DNA of 64,000 nt, taken from NCBI GenBank assembly GCA_977862235.1, contig OZ374564.1, positions 1,860,001 through 1,924,000 of the forward strand, read 5' to 3'. The position numbers and the translations under genes are program-made. This document shows positions 45,765 through 57,000 of the stretch, one piece after another. The notes beneath the pieces are model-generated. The model was not told the DNA's origin. It made no database searches and worked only from the letters and a program-made list of their open reading frames with translations. Position 1 is the first letter of the stretch. Each line of letters begins with the position of its first letter. The stretch comes from Dudresnaya verticillata (taxonomy: Eukaryota).

Positions 45765-46089
45765 GTATTCTTATTAGATGAGCCTCAAGGGTGATCTAAA
45801 GAGTGTCCAATAAAACATCTTATGTCTTGTATTGTATCTACCTGGGTGGCTCTCGTTTGTCTTGGTTTCTGTGAGAGTACAGTGGTACTGTAGGTAAGTA
45901 GGGTAAAATAAGTAGAAAAAGTGAAGAGAGAGACCTGGTGCCGGTTCATTTGACTCTATGAGATAACGCCGTCTCGAGGCCTTTTGATTGGGTGGCGCTA
46001 ACTCTCTGAGTGACGTTTCCCGATGGAAACTTTGGAGTCCACGAAAATCCATGAGGCCTACGCCCCCCAGCTCCGGGCGGTGGCGTCTG

Positions 46090-49000
46090 GTCAAGCCGGC
46101 GCCAGTAGCGTAACACGAAATTGTGAGGGATGTGCGCGGGTGGCTCCCAAGTATCATCATTGGGGTCGTAACCATACTAGCGAACCTTATATTGGTATCC
46201 ACTGTCGGTGACACGGTGCTTAACTAAATGGTCAACTGTATAATAATCCGAGTGGGTTGGCGTGGCAGGCGGCGGAGGAGCCGATGGGGGATCCTGGGTG
46301 ACTTCAGGGTCGGCCAGGGGGTGCGGGGACCACGATGAGGATCAACCGAAATGCGGTCTTGCGAAACGGTATTAAAAGCCCGTACTTCTTAATCGTGACC
46401 GTATGGATTTCATGAACGGCTGTAACCAAAAAGGGTCCAGTCGCTTTGGGCAAACGTTTCCGAGAAAGGTTCTGTTCCTCGGCGGGGTCGACGAGAGAAG
46501 CCTGTCGTTAACCAAGTTGGCGTTTAGTGAACTTAGGGCGATCGAGATAGACCCAATCACCAACAGTAAAGGGCCGTGCCACGGAGTTATCGAAAGAAGA
46601 TTTGTAACGTTGTTGGGCAGCCGCGAGGGTGACCTTAGCGGTAGCAATGGCCTGTAGAAGTTTCCGAATGGTTAAACGTTTAACAGAAGCAGCGGTGAGA
46701 TGAGAATCCAACTGATTGGTGAGACCCGTTGTGGGAGAACCCTGTAGAGGGATAACCGAAGGTGGCCGGGATAGGACGAGATCAAAGGGTGAAGTACCCA
46801 TAGAGCGGTGAACCTGAAGGTTATACGCATAGGCTAGGGCATGTACGTAACTGTCCCAGTCGCGTTGATGATCCGCTACGTAATGACGTAACCGCTGGAC
46901 AAGTTTTTTGTTGAACCGTTCGACCTGACCATTGGTCTGGGGGTGGTAAGCGGTTGTGAGTAACTGACGTAACCCCAGAGTTTGACAGATCGTGGCGAAG
47001 AACTTTGACACGAACTGTGGACCATTGTCGGAAAGGACATATAACGGAACACCATAAGGGTAGACCCAGTGGTCCAGAAAAACGTTTGCAACCGTGCGGG
47101 CATTGGTATTCCGTAAAGGTATGGCGCGGGTGAGCTTAGAAAACCGATCGTTAATAACCAAGAGGAAACGGTTTCCATGCTCGGTTTTGGGAAAAGGACC
47201 GGCGAGGTCCATAGCAAGGAATTCCAGTGGGCCAGCGGCTGGAAATAAGTTAAGGTAGTTCTGATGTCTCCGTAAGGTACCCCGATTTTGGACGCACTTA
47301 GTACAGTCACCCACTACGGCATATGCGTCATTAGCCATATATGGCCAATAAAACTGTCGCCGGAGGGTGTAATACATTCTTGAACCACCAGGGTGTCCAG
47401 AAAGGAGAGGATAGCGGGCTACATATAGTATGTGAGGACGCAGGGGCTTTGGCATCACGATCTAGAGTGCTCCATCGAGTGTCGCCTGACGGATTAAAAA
47501 CCATTATGGTCCCACTGGCATTTGGATTCATCGATACCAACTTGGTTAGCCATCTGTTGGCAATATGCATCTTTTGATTGTGCCTCGAGGAGTTCTTGCT
47601 TACTAACCTGGCGGCGTAAACCCTTTTGGTTTGCCAAGTCACAGACGGTAGGTAAACGGAGCTGACCCGGAGCGCTATTTTCAACCGCGAGGGTAAAACA
47701 GGGGATGTCCTCGTCTAATGGCTTTTGGTCACTCCCTGGAGTCGAAAGCCGTGACATGGTGTCAGCCAAATGATGTTCCCTTCCAGGTTTGTAGGTGACT
47801 AGAAAGTCGAATTCCGAGAGTCTTAAGCACCAACGGGCAAGGCGACCCGACGCATCCGAGAGGTTTAACAACCACTCAAGGGGTTCGTGGTCGGTTCTAA
47901 CCGTAAAGTGGTCGCCTTCAAGGTAAGGTCTGAGGGTTAAAAGACTCCATACTACTTCGAGACATTCCCGTTCGCTGGCCGAATAGTTACGCTCTGCGGA
48001 ATTAAGTGTGCGACTCCAATAAACAATAGGTAGCTTGTCCCCTTGTTCGTTTTCTTGAAGTAAGCAACAGCCAACCTGAAAGTTTGGCTGTTGCAGAAAG
48101 TCGCACGCATCGGTTTCAACGTAATAGCGGAATCCCTTTCGAGGTAAAGCCAATATGGGTGCCGTTAAAAGACGACGCCTGAGATCGTCGAAGGCGTCGT
48201 ACTCGTCCTCTATCAGTGACTCAAAAGTGAATGGTTGATCCTTTCGAAGTTTCCTGGAGAGGGGAGACGCAATCCGTGCATAATTGGGGACGAAACGTCG
48301 ATAGTCGTTACTTACCCCAAGAAATGACCTTAATTCGGTTTGATCCGTGGGAGGTTTCGCCTGTCGTAGGGCGGTAACGTTCTTGGAGGCTACCTCAAGC
48401 TTTCCGGGACGTATTACATGGCCGAGGTAATCGACGGAAGCTTCGAAGAACTTGCACTTAGACAACTTAAGATAAACCCCAGCGGTTCGGAGTGGACCGA
48501 GTACAGTACGTAAATGGTGGAAGTGGTTCTGGATACTCCTAGAGTAAACGATAAAGTCATCGAGATAAACCAAAGCGTATTGCCACTTGCATCGGGACAA
48601 TATAATGTCGACTGCTCGTCGGAATGTGGCGGGCGCATTCTTGAGACCAAATGGAATCCTGGTAAAACGGTATAACCCTTCGTGGCAAGTGAACGTCGTC
48701 TTATCGCGATCGTCGGGATCGACTTCAACTTGCCAATAGCCACTATTACAGTCAAGCGTCGTAAATACCTTAGCATCTCTCAGTGAGTCGATACATTCGT
48801 CCATTCGAGGTAACGGATATGAATCTCTCCGAGTACTACTATTCAGCCGGCAATAGTTGACGTAAAACACAAAGACCCATCAGGCTTCGACACAAGGACC
48901 ACAGGGCTGGCCCATTCTGCCCCAGAGGGTTCAATAACACCTTCGCGTAACATTCGTTGTACTTCCGTGTTTTCAACTTCTCGAGCTTTAGGGCCGGCCC

Positions 49001-50070
49001 TATAAGGGTGTTGATGGATGGGTTTCCCCCTTCCATCAACTCAATCCTGTGCTGAGTGGCCTTAATGGTACCCAGTTGGCCTGACCACATTCCTTGGTAC
49101 TCTTGAAGCATTTCCATACTTTGGGATTGGATAGCACTGTCTTCGACACCTATATGGACAGTGTCTTCCCAACTGGGTTCCGCTTTTGACTTCTCCTCCT
49201 GGGTATCCGACTGGATATCTTCTTGTAGAGTACCAATACCCAAAACCTGATCATGTCTTGGCAACGCATGGCCTATTACTTGAGTTTTTTCAGCCGAGCA
49301 GGGCGATCACCAAAATTGGTCATTAGTACAGGAAAAACGCCCATCGGAAGGATGTCCCCGACACCGTTTGCTATGATGGTTAAAGACTTTTGTAGTGACC
49401 GTGGGTTATTATGAACCAGGCATAACCCAGATGCGTTTGTTCTTACCGGCACAAACGAGCGTGACCTTGGAGGTATGGCCCAGTCTTTGGCCAATCTCAC
49501 TTTGGTAGAAACCGTTGGTTGTTTTTCGTCGGTAACAGTACTTCCTCCCATGGAAACACAGAGGATAGGTACTGCTGGAGCATCCTTCAAGAGTAACCTT
49601 CAGGGTCCAGGCATGATGGCTGTGATATGTTGATCGATGAAGGCTGTACCGAGTATAACTTCGGCAGGCATATTAGCAACAACCAGAAAATGGGTCTTCG
49701 TGTAGAGACTACCGACACGGATATATAAGGGGATGACTCCTAGGGGTAATATTCGATTACTAGAAGCGTCGACAATGCTACTCGTGGTTTCCTTATAGGG
49801 TTTGGCTCGCTTTTCCTATCCATTAGGTAACATTTTAACATGAACCAGATTGGGTCCGGCGCCAGAATCAATCACGCTCCTTGCGGATATCATCTGAGAT
49901 GACCAGACCCCTAACGATAGATCCACTTTGTATTTTTGCTTCTTAAGTAAACATACATCATCATAGTCATCACCCTCCGGGTTATCCATAGTGTCGGGTC
50001 GCAACACAGGTTCTGGAAGGCGCATATTTGGGGAGGGGACATGCGTCTTTATGCCTCCGCCTCCACGTTT
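46090..50070 (-). pseudogene. pol: Element B pol, multiply frameshifted
   Basis: VIDSGAGPNL; YLDD; DACD; DLAGP, SDNG, QVERFN; terminal chromodomain YTVDHLVKH...YKVR*YGYDPNDDTWEPPAHI at ~46095-46250. Confidence 0.92.
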
Positions 50071-52083
50071 TCCGCAATAGTAACTCCTTGAACTGCCTTT
50101 GAGGGCTCCACTGAGGTTGATCCCGTGCGTCTAGTCTGGGTAGGGCCCGGATAACCTGTTGAGGAGGAGGCTCCGGGGTTACCTCGTCAATTACCTTGCA
50201 TGGCTCGGGCTCGGGCTAACCCATAGAGTTTCTGCCTTCTGGAAGCAATTATGCTAGCGCGAACAGCGGGGGTTACCAAAGGGCATTCATGTTCCATATG
50301 GTCCGGATTAGCACAGATCCAGCATGATCGTATCGGCGCACCATCTCGGGATCCCACTGTGGTTCTCAAAGACGGGGGAGCCATAGACGGGTTGGATAAG
50401 TCTTCACCGAGTTGGAAAATCTCCTCCTCATGAACGTCTTCCATTCCTGGTAAACCCCCGGAGGTAACAGTCGACGTACTCACGGAGTGAGACGGTGGTT
50501 TCTCGAAGCTAACCGCGGCGATGGGGATTACTCCCCTTTTTCCCTTTAGTTCTGTTGTCCCACGGGTACTCCTATGAGCTTCCCCAAGGCCTTGTGCATA
50601 TTGTGTAATCTGAGTATAGGACAAACTCTTTGAAGAAGCCAACCTGTTGCGAACCGGTGCACGGATACTCGGGAGGAGCCCATGAACAAACATCGCCTTG
50701 ACGCGGTGTTCTGTAAACACCGACCCGCATCGGCGAGCTCTGGCTCTCACTAACTCTGCGAAGTCCCGTGCCGTTTTTCCTTCTGCTTGTCGCAACGAGA
50801 TCACGTCAGCATATGCTTGCGCAATAGCCTCATCGGTGGCATAAGTTTCCAAAAGGTAATTAACCACTTCGGGGTACGTTGTTAACAAATCCCCCTCATC
50901 TTCGGGGTCCACGACCATACTGGTTCTTGTCTGTAGCCTCGCCTGAAGGTTGTCCCCGGCGTTTCCTGCCATAAAGTATTGTAATAACCAAACAGCTGCT
51001 CCTTCGTGTACATGATTGTGATTACAGGCATCCTTGAACCTTGCAAGGAAACCCAAAATGTTAATCGGGTCTACCCCCGAAAAACGAGAGGGTGGCATCT
51101 GAAGAGCCATCCTCTTATAGTCGGTATTTAATTGGGAGAGATTCTCGAGGAGTAAAGCCTTGAGCGGTTATCCAATCGGTAACTTTGAAAGCTAACCACC
51201 CTGGTAAATATGTCATTGAGGAGTTTAATCCTCCTCACCCTTGTAGGTTGGTTTAGACGACCGGCGACGACGCAGTCGGTCATCATCGGATGAATCATCC
51301 GAACTTGAACCATATGAGGTAACTGCCGATGAGTCAGACTCAGATGAGTAATGTTTCTTCCTATTTTCTTTTGTTTGTCCTTCTTCTTCTTCTTTTTAGA
51401 CTTCTTGGACGCAGATCCGTGTCGGTTACTCTTACTAACTTCGGAGTCCGACAAACCCCCTTCGGGTTTCTTATTTGTATCACCAGTTTCGGTTGGTAGA
51501 ACGATGCCAGGAGGGACGATATCATCCTCCTTATTTTCCACTTTGGTTTCCCCTGTCGGTATAGCCTTTGGTCCAGCTGAAGGGTCCGCTGCTTGTCCAA
51601 AAGCCTTGAGAGACTGAGCAACCAACGGGGAACCATTTCAGTAAGCATCCCATAGATTGGACTACTGTCCGGCTGGGTGGTCCATGACTGAACTACCTTG
51701 TCAGTAGCCGCGGCGGCAAACTCTGAGAGTGTCCTTGGACCTTTTTGTTCTAGAAAGTGTCCCACTAGTGGTTCAACCGTTTGAGGTAACCGAGGGGTCA
51801 ACTCGCCATGTATCCAGTTGATCAAACGGGGCATCAGATCAGTATTGACCCAATGGTTACGGTTGCAATGTATCGGGGGCTGCCTTGCGACTTCTTTAGA
51901 AGGACTTGCTGAGGGTTTACCTGTTACGAGATTGGCGGATGCTTGACCAGGCGGTTCCACTTGTTCTACTCCAGGCGTTCTCGGAGGGTGGGGCAAAGAC
52001 TCCGGGTCCTCAATTGGGGGGACCAATGGCGTCTGCTCTGCCTTCTGACCACGACGGGAACTACTTTGAGAGTGAGTTGACAT
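50050..52083 (-). pseudogene. gag: Element B gag, frameshifted
   Basis: FSGVDPINILGFLARFKDAC...MFVHGL; zinc knuckle CWICANPDHMEHEC; homologous to gag of A and D. Confidence 0.88.
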
Positions 52084-52167
52084 ATTGGAGTAACAGGGGC
52101 CTTGGCGGGTTGATTTTCTTCAATATCCAATTGGGTTATGATATTAACGGCTCACCAACCTTGATGG

Positions 52168-52185
52168 TTCTAGGTCGGGAGACCA
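52168..52185 (-). promoter_or_regulatory. Primer-binding site of element B
   Basis: Reverse complement reads TGGTCTCCCGACCTAGAA, 2 nt from the LTR end. Confidence 0.9.
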
Positions 52186-52187
52186 GA

Positions 52188-52706
52188 TGTAAGGAAGCAC
52201 CTTTTCGGTCTCTTGTGAACTCAAAGAGTGCACTCGATGAGAAAGCCACAGAGCGGGTACCTGGTACTGGTGGTAGAGCGGGAGGAACCCAGAGGGTAGA
52301 CGAGGGCACGTAACCTGATTGGAAGCACGATACTGAAGGTAGTTCGCTGGGCGGGCGGTTAACCGGGCACGGGTGACAGGTGTGCTGCGGTGCCGATAGC
52401 TTGGAGACGTAGTTGGGGCCGGAAGGTGCTTGCCTTTACTGTGCAGTGACCGCTACGGGCGATACCCTTAAATGGTACCCCGACTGTCAGGAAGCACCCC
52501 TTATATTGGGCTATATACACGCCCCCTATCCTAAGCTATAATTTCTAAAATAAATAGACAGATACTAAGCTACTGACCTAAATGGTGACACTTAGACCAA
52601 TAATAGACTACCCGTCTTATCCCTGTTGGAGCCCTATAGGTAACGCTATTTCAGCGCATACACGAGGGCAGAGGGCCCACTTCTGTAAGTCCTTCAATGC
52701 ATTACA
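52188..52706 (-). repeat. Element B 5' LTR (519 bp)
   Basis: TGTAA...TTACA termini; roughly 25-30 differences from the 3' LTR by eye. Confidence 0.93.
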
Positions 52707-52711
52707 TCGTC

Positions 52712-53286
52712 GTCACAATGCCATTAGTGATCTCCTTTTTCTCGTCTCCGTCACCCGACTATCGGGCCTTCTGTCACGAGAGAGCAGTCTTCTGATTTCC
52801 AAGACGATCTTCGACGATTGTACTTGGTGTTGGATGATCCTGCCTTTTCTGATTCATGCATTGGTTATGACCTTACTGTTTTTGCTTCCTCTACTGCTCG
52901 CGCTGTGTCCAAGGCATCTAAACTTCCTGCAGGGGCCCGCCCAAGTCGCTGAACGGGACAAGCATCGCAAGTACCGCACCGCTTGTGCAGCATATTGTAT
53001 TACGTTTCAGCCGCTGGGCTTTGAAATTCACGGTGGCATTGGGCCCGAATGCCGCACCGTACTCCAAAAGCTCACCGCTTTCCTGACCACGCCCCGGGGG
53101 ACAAATCCTACTACTGAATACCATTCGTTAGTTTCACCACTGGTTTCCCGCATTCTCCAGCTCACCGCCCTCGCCGTGGATCTTCGGCATCCCGTTAGCC
53201 CAGTCCTTCCAGTAGTCATCAGCGGCTAAGTCATTAGGTTTTCCGCTGTTCGTCTTGCTTCAATAAAGTTGTGATGATGATGATGA
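52712..53286 (+). mobile_element. 3' end of the RLE/CRE-like LINE
   Basis: RHNAISDLL ... GYDLTV ... AERDKHRKY ... FQPLGFEIHGGIG, typical of a restriction-like endonuclease C-terminus; stop at 53229; AATAAA at 53262; (TGA)5 tail at 53272-53286. Confidence 0.75.
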
Positions 53287-53314
53287 AAATTTAGTCCCCG
53301 GACGGACTTGATGC

Positions 53315-53360
53315 GGGAGTTGACTTTCCAGACCGGATCCGGTCTGGAAAGTCAACTCCC
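53315..53360. repeat. Perfect 46-bp palindrome with no spacer
   Basis: GGGAGTTGACTTTCCAGACCGGA|TCCGGTCTGGAAAGTCAACTCCC. Confidence 0.97.
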
Positions 53361-54739
53361 CTGTCGACAGTCAAAGTCCTTTTCGTAATTCCTCTGCGTC
53401 TTGGCCAAGGCTGTCGAATCCTGACCCATGGCGGTGTCTAGCCGCATGACATATTCCGTGCGAACATCCTCGGCTTTATAGTGCCAACTTCAATACCACC
53501 CTAGCCGCAGTTATACCGTCTCGGGCGGACCTCTACCGCACGCACTCGGCGTTTCGCCACTAACGGCGTTCAAGATCTGGATTCGGACGCGAACCCGGTC
53601 GGACTTCCTGGGAAATGTCTTCCTAGGCGTGGATTGCGGCAAAGCCAGTTTGGGATCAGTGGCATACGGCACACGCCGTATGCGCGGACACGTTGCACAC
53701 TGGGCCCCAGTCGAGCCGCAACCGGGCCAACATGCGGCTGACCAAATCATATGGCACGATTCTGTAAGCGCTACACGTACCCACTTGTAATTGTAAGCAT
53801 CTGTTTTACGTGCCCCGCGGTATAGAAAAATCTGTCAGGTGTATGGCTGCATTCCAGGGCACTTGTCAGGCTCACGCTGGGACGACACGTTTCCTGAGGT
53901 CCCGCGCACCGCGACACTGCCGCCGTCGCTCTAGCAGTAACAGTACTACATAGGAAACCCGTTGGGAGACGACCATAGAGTCGTCCACAGACTCCGTACA
54001 CACCCCCAGGCCGGTCTGTCTTTACAGTTGGCCCTTCGTTCTGTGGTGAAGTGAGCCGTGGCGCGCGTGCGGCACGCCGACGGCGATCCAACCGTAACGG
54101 GTGATGTGGCAATACGCCACGCTGATGATCTGGCAACGTGTAACCGTGTCGGGTGTGTGCGCATTACTGTGCACTGGTACGCATCGCTGTACTGTAAGTG
54201 GAGCGCACCAACCGTAGCGGAGTATTTGTAGTTTTTATTCCTTATTTTTAGTGAGTATCTGTACACTGTGTAGAGTAGCGCGCCAGCCAATGAGAATGCT
54301 GCGCATGTCCGTGTCGGAGATTGGGACCAGCAGGGCCGATTCCACCATAGGACCAGACCAATAGGGTCTGGCCCCCACGGACCGGACCGCTCCGTACCAC
54401 CCTGACTTGTATATCAGGTCGGCACCGCAGCGGCTCCTAGGGTAAACGGGGAAGCACCCCTTGAGATTCAATACCAGTGTAGCTCTTTCGTTTACGGTTT
54501 TCCCCGCGCCGAGCCCGTTGCGGTCTACCACCACCACCGTTACGGAGTCCGTCCCGGCACTTGTACCACACCCTTGTCTGTGCTTCCCAATTCCGTTTCG
54601 GTTAGCCGCTCGTTGTTCTCTCGTCTCGGCACGAACTGCTCTACCACCCCATGAAGGTAGTATCGCTCTCATCCCGTGTAGAAACGTTAGGCCAGCTATC
54701 CGTTACGGAGTTCGTGGGTTTTCACTACACCACATCTTT

Positions 54740-54757
54740 TGGTCTCCCGACCTAGAA
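54740..54757 (+). promoter_or_regulatory. Primer-binding site of element D
   Basis: TGGTCTCCCGACCTAGAA, identical to A and B. Confidence 0.88.
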
Positions 54758-56924
54758 CACCGTCACGGCTGGAAGAAACAGCCGTCGAAACCCGCTACGG
54801 TAGGAATTCGGCTGTACCGACAACCCGTTACGGAATATTGGATAGACAAGCAAGAACAACCGTTGTGTTCCTTTAAGGTATCATGCAGAACGAAGAACAC
54901 GCAGACCCTCCCGTTACGGAACCTAAAACGGGTGACACTACCCCCGCTGCGAGCAGTCTGCGCAGTGAAGGAGGTGAAATCCGTTCCGGAGTGGAGAACC
55001 CAGAAGACATCCTTAAAGGTGCCGCTGTTAAAGTACCCCGTTCCCGTGTCGGCTCACACGCCTCGAAGAAGGCAGCTCCGCAACCCAAGCCGGAATCCCA
55101 TCGGGTCCACTGGGTCCTGTCGGAGGTCCTTCCTAGGGTCTTAGAGCATCTCCGATTGGACTACAACCTGGAATGGTAAAAGAGGTGGAGATGCCCCTCT
55201 CGGAAACTGTTCCGTCTTTGGTTAATTCCTATCTGGAGCAGCACTTTCCTCGGATAGTGCAAGCTTTGATCCTACAGGAATTGGTGGCAGCCGAGCTCGA
55301 GAGCCAGATTGCTCCCGGCATGGCAAGGCCTCCCGCTACGGAAGCTTTCACTGAGCAACCACCGTTACGGAATGAATTCCCGGTCGAGGGAAGAACGCAG
55401 CAGCCGAAACAACCCCCCGTTATGGGATTGCCGCCGGGCACAGTACCCTCTGGGCCACTGCCACCGGCTCCCGTAACGGATTCTCAACATCAACACGCCC
55501 CTACGGACGAACACACACTCAGCCACCGTTACGGTATTCGCCTGGACACGTAGATGTGCCTACGACAGGGCGCTATCAGCAAGAGCGCTATACCGTTCCG
55601 GTTCGATCAGGTGGAGGCAGCGACCATCTCAGCGATGCGTCCAGCTCACCCCATCCGAGTCTGAGGACCGGTCGAGGTCGGCATAAACGAGATGCCCGAC
55701 ACTCCCGCTCTGACCCTACCCGTCGGTCGCACATGGGCGACCACACCTAGCGACGACACCACCAATCCGGTATGGAATCCAATGAGAGCAGCTCAGAGGA
55801 TAGCCAACACCGCCGCCGCAAGAGGAGAAACAGAAGATCGCGGAAACGCGAGAAAGGGCATGACTCCTCTACCTCTACGGATTCAGACTCAGAGAGTTCT
55901 TCCGTAACGGATAGAGAGAATAGTCACCGGGCCAGAAAACACGGTGCCAAATCCGGAAAGGTGAAGGTAATCCGGCCGCTACATGACAAGTTTGTCAAGG
56001 CGCTGCACTACCGCACCTACCGATTGGATAAGAGGAGTAAGACGTACGGCTCTAAATTCTCACAGAACATGACCCGTATACGGAAGAAACTCAACGTCCA
56101 GATGTCGTCCCATACATTCGATGGAACGGACCCAATTACCGTCTTGGGATTTCTCGCCAAGTTCCGTGACGGTTGTAATATCAACGGCATCGCCGAAGGG
56201 GTTGCCGTCTGGTGCTTCCAGTTTTTCCTAAAAAGGACATGCCTAAGCCCTTCTACAGGCTAGTATTGCTGGAGGTACCATGGCGGTTGATGTGGAGCAG
56301 GCTGAGATGCTCCGCTCTTATTCCGAGGTGGTGAAGTTCCTACTGAGGACTTATGCTACTGATGAAGTGATCGCTGAAGTCTATACGGATATCAGCAATT
56401 TCAGGCAAACATCCGCGAAGATGGAAGAGCAGTTCTCTAACTAACTCTGGGCAAGGGCTCTCCGCTGCGGTACTGTATTTTCCGATCGGGCATTGAAGTC
56501 ACTTTTCGTCGAGGGGCTCCTACCTGGGACGCGTCAGCAGATGTGAAATTATCTTGCAACGCATTCCCAGCTGGATTACCAGGCCATCACTCGCTATGCG
56601 ACTGGCCTGGGTCAGTCCCATTGGGCAGCTCGACGCCAAACCGTTCTGGCTGAAATCTTTGATTGGTGCACTAAAGCACGCCCGTCTAAGGTATTATCGT
56701 TGTATTTGTCAAAAGCAGTAACAACTGCAGTGCATCCTCAATCGAGATGCACACGATTTTGGCCTTCACCAAATTCGGAGGTAACCAAATGTAGGAGTTA
56801 CCCTTTGTAGTATTGAAGCTTTAGAGAGTTTGGCTACCCACGAGTAGTATAAGTTACCTCTCACATTGAAGTGAATAGAGGTAGACACAAGTAAACAACC
56901 AAGCCAACTTCTCAACTCTCAACA

Positions 56925-56938
56925 GGTTATGGGCCCAG
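56925..56938 (+). promoter_or_regulatory. Half-tRNA(iMet)-type primer-binding site of the copia element
   Basis: GGTTATGGGCCCAG directly after the LTR, the type used by Drosophila copia, Ty5 and Osser. Confidence 0.85.
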
Positions 56939-57000
56939 AACTAAAAGCTACTGTGCTACGCTGAATTGTCTCCTCTGTGCTACCGACCGCCAGTACCACG

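Larger units (their letters stand above)
31600..52706 (-). mobile_element. Ty3/gypsy chromovirus element B (decayed), host to element A and a solo LTR
   Basis: ~519-bp LTRs (52188-52706; 31600-31762 + 43447-43801); TSD TCGTC at 31595-31599 and 52707-52711; PBS next to the right LTR; PPT-like AGGGGAGCTC next to the left LTR; gag-PR-RT-RH-IN-chromodomain remnants on the minus strand. Confidence 0.92.

Noticed and set aside
44720..52180. Apparent enrichment of GGT(T/A)AC in element B as a counterpart of the D motif
   Set aside because: A 6-mer at modest excess by eye; it cannot be separated from base composition without a computed background.
52582..53229. 215-aa ORF as a host gene
   Set aside because: It is a chimera of LTR B sequence and frameshifted LINE endonuclease remnants.
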